NCBI GenBank assembly: GCA_963706025.1
Contig: CAVPLM010000007.1
Location: 1 to 22,734, forward strand
DNA length: 22,734 bases
Reading direction: 5' to 3'
Source of the DNA: an uncultured Actinomycetes bacterium
GTDB taxonomy: Bacteria; Actinomycetota; Thermoleophilia; RBG-16-64-13
Part shown: one piece after another, positions 1-9,194 of the stretch
How positions within the stretch are numbered: the first letter of the stretch is position 1
Layout: every line of letters starts with the position of its first letter
Program-made: the position numbers and the translations under genes
Notes under the pieces: generated by a model
Databases searched by the model: none
What the model was told of the DNA's origin: nothing
The model's input: the letters and a program-made list of their open reading frames with translations, nothing else

Positions 1-73
1 AACTCGCCCGAAGGACGCGAGAATCCCGGCCTGGTGGACCGGGCTCCGACACACGATTCTTGGCTTTCCTAAG
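1..73. repeat. Conserved tRNA-adjacent repeat module, copy 1 (cut by window edge)
   Basis: aactcgcccgaa...cccggcc-tggt-ggaccggg...attcttggctttcctaag matches the module at 19117-19263. Confidence 0.9.
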
Positions 74-118
74 CGGAGAGGGGGGGAGTCGAACCCCCGG
101 TACCGCTTGCGCGGCACA
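74..118 (-). repeat. tRNA-Ser 3' fragment (att-like direct repeat), 45 bp
   Basis: Matches 19264-19308 with one mismatch (gagtc vs gattc). Confidence 0.95.
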
Positions 119-193
119 TGAGCCTATTGCGCTGGGCCGTCAACTCGCCGGATTATGTACTGTCTCCCGCTCAGATAACGCTTCGGCGCCGCC

Positions 194-222
194 TTGCCTA
201 GCTCCAGGAGTTCTGTTACATT
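194..222 (+). promoter_or_regulatory. Putative sigma70-type promoter for the glycosyltransferase pair
   Basis: TTGCCT-N17-TACATT with a TG extended -10. Confidence 0.5.
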
Positions 223-265
223 CGGGTCGCTTCCGCCCGTCGGACTGACCTGAAGGATCTAGCCC

Positions 266-1276
266 TTGGCGCGTCCTTCCCCAGGCACCGCAACTCTTCT
301 CGTCTCTCGTCAGGACGCCCCTCGCATGGCCCTGATCGTGCCCTGTTACGATGAAGAAGATGTTCTACCCGAGACGATGAGGCGGCTGACCGAGGTGCTT
401 GAGCTGCTGACGGCGGAGGATCTCGCCGCGCCTAGCAGTTTTGCCCTTTACGTAGACGACGGCAGCACCGACTCCACATGGCCCATGATCGCCCAGGCAC
501 ACGGGGATGATCCGGGAAAGGTCGCGGGAGTCAAGCTGGCCCGGAATGCCGGCCATCAGAAGGCCCTGCTCGCTGGCATGGATGCTGTAGCCCCGATGGC
601 AGACTGCATTGTGACCATTGACGCCGATCTACAAGACGACGTCGAGACTATCATCGAGTTTGCGAGGAAGTACCGCGAGGGATACGACATTGTCTACGGC
701 GTGCGCCGAGAACGCGCGCTCGATACCTGTTTCAAGCGATGGACGGCCTCCGGCTTCTATCGTGTGATGAGGGCCATGGGCGTGGACGTGGTCTACAACC
801 ATGCCGACTACCGTCTCATGAGTCAGCGCGCGCTCGCCGAGCTGCAGCGATTCGGAGAGACGCACCTGTTTCTTCGGGGTGCAGTCCTGCTGCTGGGCTT
901 CCCATCCACGCAGGTCTACTACGATCGGCAGGCACGTTTCGCGGGCGTATCGAAGTATCCGCTCAAGAGAATGCTGGGCCTTGCAGTGGACGGGATCACG
1001 TCCTTCAGCATCGCACCTCTCCGGTTGATCGGCTTTGTCGGCTTGACTATGTGCCTACTGAGCATTCTCGGCGCAATTGCGGCGGCAGTGGCCTGGGGAT
1101 CGAGGGTAGCCGTGGCCGGCTGGGTGTACATCCTGGTTTCGCTCTGGTTCCTTGGCGGCCTGAATCTCGCCGCACTCGGTGTGCTTGGCGAGTACTTGGG
1201 CAAGACCTATCAGGAGGCCAAGCGTAGGCCCCGATATATAGTTGAGACGAGACTCGACCCGACAATGGGGGCCTGA
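266..1276 (+). CDS. GT2 family polyprenol-phosphate glycosyltransferase (GtrB/YkoT-like)
   Basis: IVPCYDEE, VDDGSTD, LARNAGHQ, IDADLQD, ADYRLMS motifs; two C-terminal TM helices; K-R-R-P-R-Y-I-V tail. Confidence 0.9.
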   Translation: MARPSPGTATLLVSRQDAPRMALIVPCYDEEDVLPETMRRLTEVLELLTAEDLAAPSSFALYVDDGSTDSTWPMIAQAHGDDPGKVAGVKLARNAGHQKALLAGMDAVAPMADCIVTIDADLQDDVETIIEFARKYREGYDIVYGVRRERALDTCFKRWTASGFYRVMRAMGVDVVYNHADYRLMSQRALAELQRFGETHLFLRGAVLLLGFPSTQVYYDRQARFAGVSKYPLKRMLGLAVDGITSFSIAPLRLIGFVGLTMCLLSILGAIAAAVAWGSRVAVAGWVYILVSLWFLGGLNLAALGVLGEYLGKTYQEAKRRPRYIVETRLDPTMGA

Positions 1277-2513
1277 TCTGAGGCTGAACTGGAACCTGGG
1301 CGAAGAGCGGTGGCGGATACTCAAGATAGCCGCCCTCGCATTTGTCGGCAACAAGCTCCTGGTCATCCTGGTCACGACACTCGCCACCCGAGATATGTGG
1401 CAGGGTCGGTCCTTCTTTGGCACGATCCACTATGTCTTGATCGAGAACTTCCGCTACTTCGACGCCAACGCCGTAATAGGCTACCAAGCGATAGCCATGC
1501 ATGGTTACGCGAACCCCAAGTCCACAACCTTCTTCCCCGCCTACCCCTTGATCATGAGAGCGGTTTCCTGGGGACTCCACCTCTCGCCTCTGGAGGCGGG
1601 TGTCTTGATCTCGAACGTGGCCTTCTTCCTACTTCTCTACTTCTTCATGAAGCTTGCGCTCGTGGACCGCGATTGGTCTCGGTCCCGTCGGATCGTGCTT
1701 CTCCTCGCCTTCTTCCCGACCGCCTTCTACTTCTCGGCCGCATACACGGAAGCGACGTTCATGCTTATGAGCGTGCTTGCCATTCTAGGGATGCGCAGGC
1801 AGCAATGGGTAAGAGCAGGTCTGTACGGGGGGGTCGCTGCCTTGACCCGCAATGCGGGGGTGCTTCTGGGCCTACCCTACCTGATCGAGTACTGGGCGTC
1901 ACGACGAGAGAAGGGAGGGGTACCGGGTCCTTCGGCGTCAGGCCGGCCCACCGCGGATCGCGCCCGTACGTGGCCGGTCCTGTGGGTCCTACTGATCGTG
2001 GCCGGGGCGGCGACATATGTCGTCTATCTTTGGTTGGCCAAAGGAGATCCGCTCGCCTTCGCCCGTTGGCAGAAAGAGTACGGGCGGGGCACCGGTACGC
2101 CGTGGGGAACGCTCTACCATGGATACATATATGGTCTGAGGATCCTGTTCGACCTGCACAGGCCGCTGAACTGGGTTCAGGTCTACTACGTGACCCAACT
2201 CTTCTTTCCCACGCTGGTCCTGGTCGTCCTCCTCACCTCGTTCAGAAAGATCCGGTGGTCATACTGGACTATCATCCTCTACTCACTGGCCCTGCCTCTT
2301 CTTGCCCCGGCAGACGCGGGGCCCGATGTCCCGAGCGATGTGATCGACTACTTCGTCAGCTTCTCTCGCTATACACTGGTCATTGTTCCGCTCTACATGG
2401 GCCTCGAGAGGCTGCTTAAGAACCGCTTGGCTTTCTGGGCCTACCTGGCCTTCTCAGCCCTCTTCCTTGCGCTGCTCACCTATGCTTGGTCCCGGCACAA
2501 GTGGGTGGCATAG
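1242..2513 (+). CDS. Multi-TM GT-C glycosyltransferase (PIG-V-like mannosyltransferase family); start uncertain
   Basis: FDA..Y..IA.HGY, FFPAYP, FPTAFYFSAAYTEA, TRNAG, RY motifs; strongly hydrophobic; follows the GT2 gene. Confidence 0.8.
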   Translation: MRRDSTRQWGPDLRLNWNLGEERWRILKIAALAFVGNKLLVILVTTLATRDMWQGRSFFGTIHYVLIENFRYFDANAVIGYQAIAMHGYANPKSTTFFPAYPLIMRAVSWGLHLSPLEAGVLISNVAFFLLLYFFMKLALVDRDWSRSRRIVLLLAFFPTAFYFSAAYTEATFMLMSVLAILGMRRQQWVRAGLYGGVAALTRNAGVLLGLPYLIEYWASRREKGGVPGPSASGRPTADRARTWPVLWVLLIVAGAATYVVYLWLAKGDPLAFARWQKEYGRGTGTPWGTLYHGYIYGLRILFDLHRPLNWVQVYYVTQLFFPTLVLVVLLTSFRKIRWSYWTIILYSLALPLLAPADAGPDVPSDVIDYFVSFSRYTLVIVPLYMGLERLLKNRLAFWAYLAFSALFLALLTYAWSRHKWVA

Positions 2514-2527
2514 CCGGGCCCCGAGGG

Positions 2528-2687
2528 CGTCTGTTATTCGGTGTCTTTGCGTCCGTCTCCGTTCGTTTGTTGCCGCTCGTTTGTTGCCACCGACTTTGCC
2601 CCCGACTTGCCCCCGAACTCGCCCGAAAGAAGCGGAAACCCGACCGCCTGAGCCGGGCTCCGACGTGCTATTCTTGGCTTTCCGAAG
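2528..2687. repeat. Conserved tRNA-adjacent repeat module, copy 2
   Basis: ctgttattcggtgtctttgcgtccgtct, four TTGCC(C/A)CCGA-like units, hairpin, attcttggctttccgaag. Confidence 0.9.
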
Positions 2688-2719
2688 TGGAGAGGGGGGG
2701 ATTCGAACCCCCGGTACCG
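2688..2719 (-). repeat. tRNA-Ser 3' fragment, 32 bp
   Basis: Matches 19264-19295 with the discriminator base changed. Confidence 0.95.
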
Positions 2720-2730
2720 GTTCACAGCTC

Positions 2731-3339
2731 CTATAGGTCTTTGATCATGTACTCCCAGAGTCCGATTCCTACCAGCCGCCTGGTGATCTCGCTCTTGTCC
2801 GTCTTCACCAGGCGGAAGCCCCGGGCGAGATAGAGTCCTCTGGCCGCATCGTTGCCACCGGCTACGTAGAGGGTGAGTCTCGCCTTGCCCAAGGTACGCG
2901 CTCTTTGCTCGGCGCATTCCAGCAGCATCGCCCCGATTCCTTGCCGATGCAGACTCGGGTCGACGGCAAGATGGGCGACGTAGGCCTCGTCCGGCTTCAC
3001 TCTGCTGTGGAGGGTCGACAGCGCGATGACGGCCCGGAGGCCCCGCAGGATCCCCAGCCTCCGCACAAACGGCAGCATCCCCTTCCATCCCGGCCCGCCG
3101 CCCTCCGTGATGGCGAGATGAAGGACGCCGTGTATCTCGGCGCCATGTGCGGCGACATAGTGCCCCGGGTATTGGTCGAGGGGTCTATAGTGGTCGACGA
3201 TTGACTTGACCGCCGTGTTGGCGTCGTCTCCGAATATGGCCTCGAACTTGTCAGGGAAAGCCCGGACGAGGACTTCCACGTACCCGTACACATCCTCGCT
3301 TCGAGCCGGTCTGACCGTCGCTCTGCCGTCCACGTTCAT
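2731..3339 (-). CDS. GNAT family N-acetyltransferase
   Basis: YVAHLAVDPSLHRQGIGAMLL acetyl-CoA motif, N..ARGLY..RGF; ATG at 3339 preceded by AAAGGAG. Confidence 0.88.
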   Translation of the reverse strand: MNVDGRATVRPARSEDVYGYVEVLVRAFPDKFEAIFGDDANTAVKSIVDHYRPLDQYPGHYVAAHGAEIHGVLHLAITEGGGPGWKGMLPFVRRLGILRGLRAVIALSTLHSRVKPDEAYVAHLAVDPSLHRQGIGAMLLECAEQRARTLGKARLTLYVAGGNDAARGLYLARGFRLVKTDKSEITRRLVGIGLWEYMIKDL

Positions 3340-3634
3340 CAGCGATCTCCTTTCAACCGCGAACGATAGCGCGCTTCGGCGGTCACTGGGAGGCAGCGCA
3401 GGAAAAGGGACGGGTGGGAGTTGTGGCGCGATAGGCTCGTACATCACTCACCCGCCCCGCGGCTCCCCGAGTCATGACTGGGGGACTGCTTCACTCCCCA
3501 TATGCCTTCATTGTAGGCTGACGCATAACGAAGTCAATCCGCAGTAGAGTCGTTTCACTTGTATGGGGTTGATTGCGTACCCACAGCCCCGATCCCTATT
3601 ATGGAGAGCGGCCATCCCATACCAGGAGGGGATC

Positions 3635-4162
3635 ATGAATCGCAAGTGGCTCCGCATCACGCTCAGCGTGACATTCCTTCTGACCATCGCCGTCGCTGCC
3701 ACCGCCTGCGGAGGCGAGGACTCCGGCACGGCGACGACCACAACCGTCGGCGATGCCACCACGACCACCGCAGGATCCGTAGGGACCACGGGAACCACGA
3801 ATGGTGCAGACACCACCGAGGCCACCGAAGCAGAAACGACCACCACGGCCGCGGCTGCCGGGGGGTGGGTGGAGGTCGCCAGCCTACAAGGGAGCGACTC
3901 GAAGAAGGGAGAGGTGTTCACCCTATCCGGGGCGCCGGCGCGAATCAGCTACAAAGTGACCAGTACGGACATCGCAACCATAGCAGCCTTCTACGTGATG
4001 GCCGAGGGCACAGTGTTCGACACGGACGGCGGTATCCCTGAGGCGACGGTGGGTGAGTCTAGTGAAGACTCCACCCCGCTCACGAGGGATGCTGGGGACT
4101 ACTACCTGTTCGTAATGTCGGCCAACTGCGACTGGGAAGTAACCGTCGAAGAGCAGCGGTGA
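3635..4162 (+). CDS. Lipoprotein with Thr-rich linker and small C-terminal beta domain
   Basis: AGGAGG RBS, signal peptide with ATAC lipobox, TTTT-rich stalk. Confidence 0.8.
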   Translation: MNRKWLRITLSVTFLLTIAVAATACGGEDSGTATTTTVGDATTTTAGSVGTTGTTNGADTTEATEAETTTTAAAAGGWVEVASLQGSDSKKGEVFTLSGAPARISYKVTSTDIATIAAFYVMAEGTVFDTDGGIPEATVGESSEDSTPLTRDAGDYYLFVMSANCDWEVTVEEQR

Positions 4163-4181
4163 CCTTCAGCGAGTGGGCTGG

Positions 4182-4233
4182 ACAAAGCGCCCCCAGCGGC
4201 CGAGCGGGAAGGCTAGCGAAGGGGGCGCTTTGT
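4182..4233 (+). terminator. Inverted repeat, probable terminator
   Basis: acaaagcgccccc-N26-gggggcgctttgt, perfect 13-bp stem about 20 bp after the stop codon. Confidence 0.5.
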
Positions 4234-4373
4234 AGTGCTCTTCTCAGACTTCCCCAACCGCGCCGGGCGTCGGAGCATGGCCCGTGCCGGGCACTCTTTA
4301 ACGCACCCCAAAATCGGAAAGGGAGGCTGCTACGATGCACGTTGTAACCATGCAAGTGCCGAGGGGAGTGGAT

Positions 4374-4720
4374 GACATGGCGCTCGAGACGCTCTACACG
4401 CCTGACCAGGTAGCGGAATACCTGGGGGTAAACCGGGCCACGGTCTACGTCTACCTGGTGCACGGCGACCTCAAGGGGAAGAAGGTCGGCCTCCGGAAGT
4501 GGATCATAACCGAGTCGGCCCTCAAGGCCTTTGTCGCCGACGAAGTGGAAGACACGGCGCTCGGGCCGCTCTACACGCCCGACCAGGTAGCGGAATACCT
4601 GGGGGTGAACCGGGCCACGGTCTACGCCTACCTGGAGCACGGCGACCTCAAGGGGAAGAGGATCGGCCTCCAGAAGTGGATCGTAACCGAGTCGGCCCTC
4701 AAGGCCTTTGTCGTCGACGA
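4374..4720 (+). repeat. 177-bp intragenic tandem duplication
   Basis: Units start at 4374 and 4551 and are nearly identical in DNA. Confidence 0.95.
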
Positions 4721-4898
4721 GGATGAGGCCAAAGCTCAGGCCGCCCGGCATCACCGCCTGCTCGACTACATCGCCAAGCTGGCCGAGGCCGGCGAGCTCG
4801 ACGCCGACAGAGACCCGGCCGCCCGTGGCCGCCTCTTGAGCGACATCGAGAAGCGCCTTGGGGCCGGCGAGTTCGACGCCGATCCAGACGCTCTCTAA
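4377..4898 (+). CDS. Tandem helix-turn-helix (excisionase/HTH_17-like) DNA-binding protein
   Basis: Two copies of LYTPDQVAEYLGVNRATVY.YL.HGDLKG..G..KWI.TESALKAFV; GAGGGGAG RBS before ATG 4377. Confidence 0.85.
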   Translation: MALETLYTPDQVAEYLGVNRATVYVYLVHGDLKGKKVGLRKWIITESALKAFVADEVEDTALGPLYTPDQVAEYLGVNRATVYAYLEHGDLKGKRIGLQKWIVTESALKAFVVDEDEAKAQAARHHRLLDYIAKLAEAGELDADRDPAARGRLLSDIEKRLGAGEFDADPDAL

Positions 4899-5166
4899 GC
4901 CCCTGGGACGCGACGAAAGGGGCCTGACAAGGGTCTCCCTGGGTGGCGTGAGACAAAGACGAGCCCCCAACGGCCGAGCTTCGTGCCTAGTCAGGGGGTT
5001 ATTCGACTCGACGGTGAGGCCCGGGTCCCACCATCTGGGGCTGGTCCGACCGCTCCCCTCCGTCTTGTGCTGTCGTCTTCTGTTGTCGACTATGGAATCC
5101 ACGACTTCGATTGACACATTCTGTAAGGTAGCGAGAGTCAATTGGAGGTCGTTGGGATGAAACAAG

Positions 5167-5214
5167 CGGAGAGGGGGGGATTCAAACCCCCGGTACCGCT
5201 TGCGCGGCACAACG
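5167..5214 (-). repeat. tRNA-Ser 3' fragment, 48 bp, without the adjacent conserved module
   Basis: Matches 19264-19311 with one mismatch (ttcaaa vs ttcgaa). Confidence 0.95.
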
Positions 5215-5386
5215 ATGCGTCCAAAAACGACTGCCGTTGCCCGAGGCGTGCCCACCGGGCGCTCCGAGGGCTTCCCAGGCTCAGCTTACGAGGCCGGCCG
5301 CAAGGAGTCCCTAGCCCTCACAGGTGGACGTTGCGTTGCCTTCGGGGAGAGACTGAGTCTGCCTACGGTAGACGGCAGAGAATAGT

Positions 5387-5866
5387 CTAGTATCGGTACA
5401 TGTAGTCGACCCACTGGTTGGCGATCCTCCCGTCACGAACCTCCACCACAACGTGGTAGAGATCGCGCCCAAGCCTCACCGGACCGGCTATGTAGCGCGC
5501 TCCCTCGTACGCCACGCTCAGAGCCTCGATGTCCTTGGCAGAAGGCTCGTAGATGAAGATTCCGTCCCCAATCGGCGTGGGGTCGACGGGATAGTCCGCT
5601 ACCATGCTGCTGATCTCTTCGATGCCGGTGGTCCTGCCGGCACCTTCTGGCCACCGGATGACGGCGTCGGCCGTGTAGAGTTCCTTGGCCGCCGCAACAT
5701 CGTTATCGGTCCAGGCCGCCGTCATCTTGTCCATGAGGGCCTGTTCGTCACCTCCGCCACCGCTACACGCCCCCAGCGCAACCGAGGCGGCGGTCAGCAC
5801 CAGCGCCACCGCTGCGACCACCAACCACCGGTTGACTCGACCACGTAACAGGAATCTGGCTTTCAC
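5387..5866 (-). CDS. Lipoprotein, NTF2/SnoaL-like fold
   Basis: LGAC lipobox; AW..ND..A..ELYTADAV and EVRDGRI motifs; GTG start at 5866 inferred from the RBS. Confidence 0.7.
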   Translation of the reverse strand: MKARFLLRGRVNRWLVVAAVALVLTAASVALGACSGGGGDEQALMDKMTAAWTDNDVAAAKELYTADAVIRWPEGAGRTTGIEEISSMVADYPVDPTPIGDGIFIYEPSAKDIEALSVAYEGARYIAGPVRLGRDLYHVVVEVRDGRIANQWVDYMYRY

Positions 5867-5889
5867 GACGCACCCCTTTCCCTCTCGCG

Positions 5890-7962
5890 TTACTGGCGCT
5901 TGGGCACCCACTTGAAGAGGCTGAACCCCGTCGCGGCATACAGCCCTCCGCCGGGGGCAGGGTCGATCACGACGTTGAGCGCGACGCTGTACGCTTCATC
6001 GCCGGAGAGCTCCCCGATGATGTTCTCCCAGGTGACTCCTCCATCGCTTGACCGATAGAGGCCTACGCCTATGCCCCATCCCACCTGTCTTAACACCGGC
6101 ACATAGAGCGTGTCGGGTGAGCGGGGATCGAACAGCAGCCGCTCGGGAGACCAGAAGGGCTCGCCAAGGCCTTCGAGGTTTGCGAGGTCGACCTTCTCCC
6201 AGGTGGCTCCGCCGTCGGGCGAGCGAAAGACCGGGTTCGGCCCAGAACCGATGCCCTGCCCTTGGATCGCGTAGACGTTGGAGGGAGCGTGCGCATCTAC
6301 CGCGACGTCTGCCAGCCCGTTTGTCCACTGCTCGGGCGGGGATACTACAGTCCACGTGCTCCCAGCGTCCGTCGACTTGAGCACCTGGCCCGCCTCGCCC
6401 GACTCAGTAGCGGTGAACAAGGTAGAGGGATTCACCGGATCGGCAGCGAGAAGGCCGGCATCGCTGGTACCGGATGCAATCCCTTCGAGCACTTGGCTCC
6501 AGGTGTTGCCACCGTCGGTGGACCTGAACAGGCGCTTCATCGGCGTGTCCGCCATGCCCGTCATCGCGAACACGGTATCGGGGTTGTCGGCGGCGACCAG
6601 AGCCAGGCCATCTTCTCGACCGGTGGGAGCGGTCTGCTCGACCAGGCCTGCGCCGGCAAGCTGGGTCCACTCGGCCCCGCCGTCGTCGGTGCGGAACAGT
6701 CCGGCCGATGTCCACGCATATAGGGTAGAGGGGGAGGAGGGCGCCAGGACCACCGAGCCTTGACCGGGCAGGATCATGCTCCACGTGATGCCACCGTCAC
6801 CGGACTTGAAGATCCCTTCAGGCGTAGCCGCATAGAGGATGGACGGCGAACTGGGATCAGGAACCACCCTCCAGGCCACGGAAGTGACCAGGCCGGCGTT
6901 TGCCTTATTCCAGGTGGTGCCGCTGTCCGTGGACTTGTAGACGCCTTCTGCGGTCCCGGCGTACCGGATCGACTGATCGCCGGGGTCGATACGTCCCATG
7001 GAAACTGCAAGCACGGCGCCGGTGTCAGCGTCTGTGACCGTGCCCTGGAAGTCCGTCCCGAGTTCGCCCTCCGGTTGACTTGCCAGCGCCTCAGTTGCCT
7101 CCTCCGGGCTGAGCGTCGTCCAACTCTCGCCCCGGTCCGTCGACCGGCATACGGCAGTCCCGGGGCCAGTCTGGCTGGCGCCGGCCAGATACACCGTGGA
7201 CGGGGACGAGGTCGTGTCAAACCACATCCAGTGGTGTGGGTCCCCAGGCATCAGATCTATGATCTCTCCCATAGCGGGGATTACGTCGTTCCAGGCCAGG
7301 CTCAAGTCCACCCAACTAGCGCCGCCATCATCCGACCTAAACAGTGCTGGCCCGAAGGCCCAGGCCGTCACGTAGACCGTGGATGGGGAGGCCGGATCGA
7401 TCATGATCAGGGTTACATCCGTCACGGGAAACAGGTCGCTCTCAAGTGGCGCGAGCCGGTCCCAACTCCCGGCCCCGTCGCTCGATTTGAACAGGCCGTC
7501 GGACCTGGCCGCGTAGAGGACCGACGGGTTGCTGGGATCCATGACCAGGATACTGACGGCCCCGCCCTCGCTGGTCAACGGCAGCCGCTCCCACTGCCCA
7601 CCTTGTCCCCCGGTTGCCGTTGTCTGGTTGGTCTGACCGGTAGCCGTGGGGCTGAGGGTGTCGTCGCCGATGACCAGAATAGGTTGGTCTTTGCCCAGGT
7701 ACTTGACTGCCTCGAGGCTGCCGATGGTAAGAGCGGCCACCAGGACGACGGCGATGGAGGCATAGACCGCGACGCGCAGGTTGAGCTTCCTCGGTCTCCT
7801 CGCGCGCCGCTCGGTGTCCTCTTCGCCTTGCTCGCCGATGACCCATGCTCGGCCTCCGGCCCGCGCATCGGCCCGCGCCTCTATGCTGGCCCATACTCCG
7901 TTTCGATCCACCGAGCCGGAGAGCCTGTCCAGTGTTTCTTCTAGTTGCCGGTCCTCATTCAT
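5890..7962 (-). CDS. Membrane-anchored BNR/Asp-box beta-propeller protein, putative anti-sigma factor
   Basis: About 10 S-x-D-G-G-x-T/S-W Asp boxes with DP.. motifs; single N-terminal TM helix; ATGA overlap with the sigma gene. Confidence 0.8.
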   Translation of the reverse strand: MNEDRQLEETLDRLSGSVDRNGVWASIEARADARAGGRAWVIGEQGEEDTERRARRPRKLNLRVAVYASIAVVLVAALTIGSLEAVKYLGKDQPILVIGDDTLSPTATGQTNQTTATGGQGGQWERLPLTSEGGAVSILVMDPSNPSVLYAARSDGLFKSSDGAGSWDRLAPLESDLFPVTDVTLIMIDPASPSTVYVTAWAFGPALFRSDDGGASWVDLSLAWNDVIPAMGEIIDLMPGDPHHWMWFDTTSSPSTVYLAGASQTGPGTAVCRSTDRGESWTTLSPEEATEALASQPEGELGTDFQGTVTDADTGAVLAVSMGRIDPGDQSIRYAGTAEGVYKSTDSGTTWNKANAGLVTSVAWRVVPDPSSPSILYAATPEGIFKSGDGGITWSMILPGQGSVVLAPSSPSTLYAWTSAGLFRTDDGGAEWTQLAGAGLVEQTAPTGREDGLALVAADNPDTVFAMTGMADTPMKRLFRSTDGGNTWSQVLEGIASGTSDAGLLAADPVNPSTLFTATESGEAGQVLKSTDAGSTWTVVSPPEQWTNGLADVAVDAHAPSNVYAIQGQGIGSGPNPVFRSPDGGATWEKVDLANLEGLGEPFWSPERLLFDPRSPDTLYVPVLRQVGWGIGVGLYRSSDGGVTWENIIGELSGDEAYSVALNVVIDPAPGGGLYAATGFSLFKWVPKRQ

Positions 7963-8543
7963 AGCGTGATCCCCTGAGCTGATCCCTCGAATGACTTCTT
8001 GAGTGCTTGCCGAGCACGATGCAGGTGCTGTCTGACCGTGCCCTCTGACACGTGCATGACATCGGCCACTTCCTGCGCCGTCAGTTTGTCAACGTAGTGA
8101 AGAGCCAGAGCAGTACGCTGTTTGAGGGGCAGCGTCCCCAGCCGCTCCCAGACTTCTTCATCTACGGGCGAGGCTCCCTGCGGCGTGCGATACTGCTCTT
8201 CGATTCTGAGCATAAGCCTGGCTTGTCGGCCGATCGAGCGGTGATGGTCGCGGATCTGGTTCAAGGCGACTCTTCGGACCCAGCCAGCCGGATCCTCGTA
8301 GGTGGCCAAGCGGTCCCAGCCAAGTATTAGACGGACGAAGGCTTCCTGGACTGCGTCGGCGGCCTCCTCTGGGTCACCGGCCACGATGGTCAGTGCTTTC
8401 ACCAGTCGGTCGTAGTCGTGTTCGAACACAGCTTCGGGACAGGCGTACCGCGCGCACTCCCGGAATCTGCCCTCGCCTATCGGCCAGTCGTCCAAACCGG
8501 TCACGCCCCCGGTCTTCGAGAACGTCTTGACACTAGTGTGCAC
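7959..8543 (-). CDS. ECF RNA polymerase sigma factor (start uncertain)
   Basis: A.DAVQEAF, GWVRRVALN (region 2); LPLKQR..LHY....EVA..M..SEGTVRQHLHRAR (region 4). Confidence 0.92.
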   Translation of the reverse strand: MHTSVKTFSKTGGVTGLDDWPIGEGRFRECARYACPEAVFEHDYDRLVKALTIVAGDPEEAADAVQEAFVRLILGWDRLATYEDPAGWVRRVALNQIRDHHRSIGRQARLMLRIEEQYRTPQGASPVDEEVWERLGTLPLKQRTALALHYVDKLTAQEVADVMHVSEGTVRQHLHRARQALKKSFEGSAQGITL

Positions 8544-8740
8544 CGAGCCAGCCCATCCCTTGCATCTCTATTGTCCTGCTTTCCATATAGACACGCACGA
8601 GAAGGTCGAATCAGTGACACGCGGCAAAAGGAAATCGTCAGCGCTGCGGACAAGCGAGAATCAATCTGGCTCCGGCTATCCCCAAGCCTTCACTCCATGA
8701 TACGTCTGGCGGAGGAAAGACCGAGCCCGCGGTAGTGCGT

Positions 8741-8830
8741 TTTCGTCCGTCTCGCTCCATTCCCGGCCGTTCAGTTTGCCACCGACCTGCCCCCGAACTC
8801 GCCTGAAACACGTGAAAACCCGGCCTTTCG
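8741..8830. repeat. Truncated repeat module, copy 3 (no tRNA fragment)
   Basis: tttcgtccgtct...tttgccaccgacctgcccccgaactcgcctgaa...aaaacccggcc. Confidence 0.85.
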
Positions 8831-8937
8831 GACGAAACCCGCGGATCGGTGGGATAGGTGGCCCATTCCCTCCGCTTCTGTGACTGCGGCGTATATTGAG
8901 GTGAAGTCGTTGAAGAACGGTCGATCGGGGAGGCGTC

Positions 8938-9135
8938 ATGAGAACATGGGAATACAAGATCATCGACTCGCACGACGTGCCCCGCGGAGGAATCCTGAAA
9001 GGGAGGAGTCGCGAGGCCCTGGAAGCGTACTTGAACCAGCATGGTGCCAATGGGTGGGAAGTCGTTAACATCGATTCCCTCGAACTCGAAGGGAGGAAGA
9101 GTTTCGTCGGCATCGCGAAGAGAGAGAAATCATGA
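8938..9135 (+). CDS. DUF4177-like small protein
   Basis: WEYK...LEAYLNQHG..GWEVV...KR pattern; GGGGAGG RBS. Confidence 0.85.
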   Translation: MRTWEYKIIDSHDVPRGGILKGRSREALEAYLNQHGANGWEVVNIDSLELEGRKSFVGIAKREKS

Positions 9136-9194
9136 CCTGAGGCCGACATGGCGATGCGTGTATCCCGGTCTGCCTGGGTCCATTTCCTGCCTGC

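Noticed and set aside
2528-2719. Classical integron attC sites
   Set aside because: No RYYYAAC...GTTRRRY ends or long imperfect palindrome; cargo genes lie in both orientations and have their own promoters; no intI.
4080-5255. 391-aa minus-strand ORF, and other ORFs containing RYRGFESP or GGFEPPVP (60, 2486, 5142, 11619, 13411, 19021, 19104)
   Set aside because: These are translations of the tRNA/repeat or antisense shadows of real genes, with no protein motifs.
6760-7944. 394-aa plus-strand ORF; likewise 1310-2419 and 8676-9728
   Set aside because: Shadow ORFs over well-supported genes, expected at high GC; Arg/Pro-rich with no motifs.
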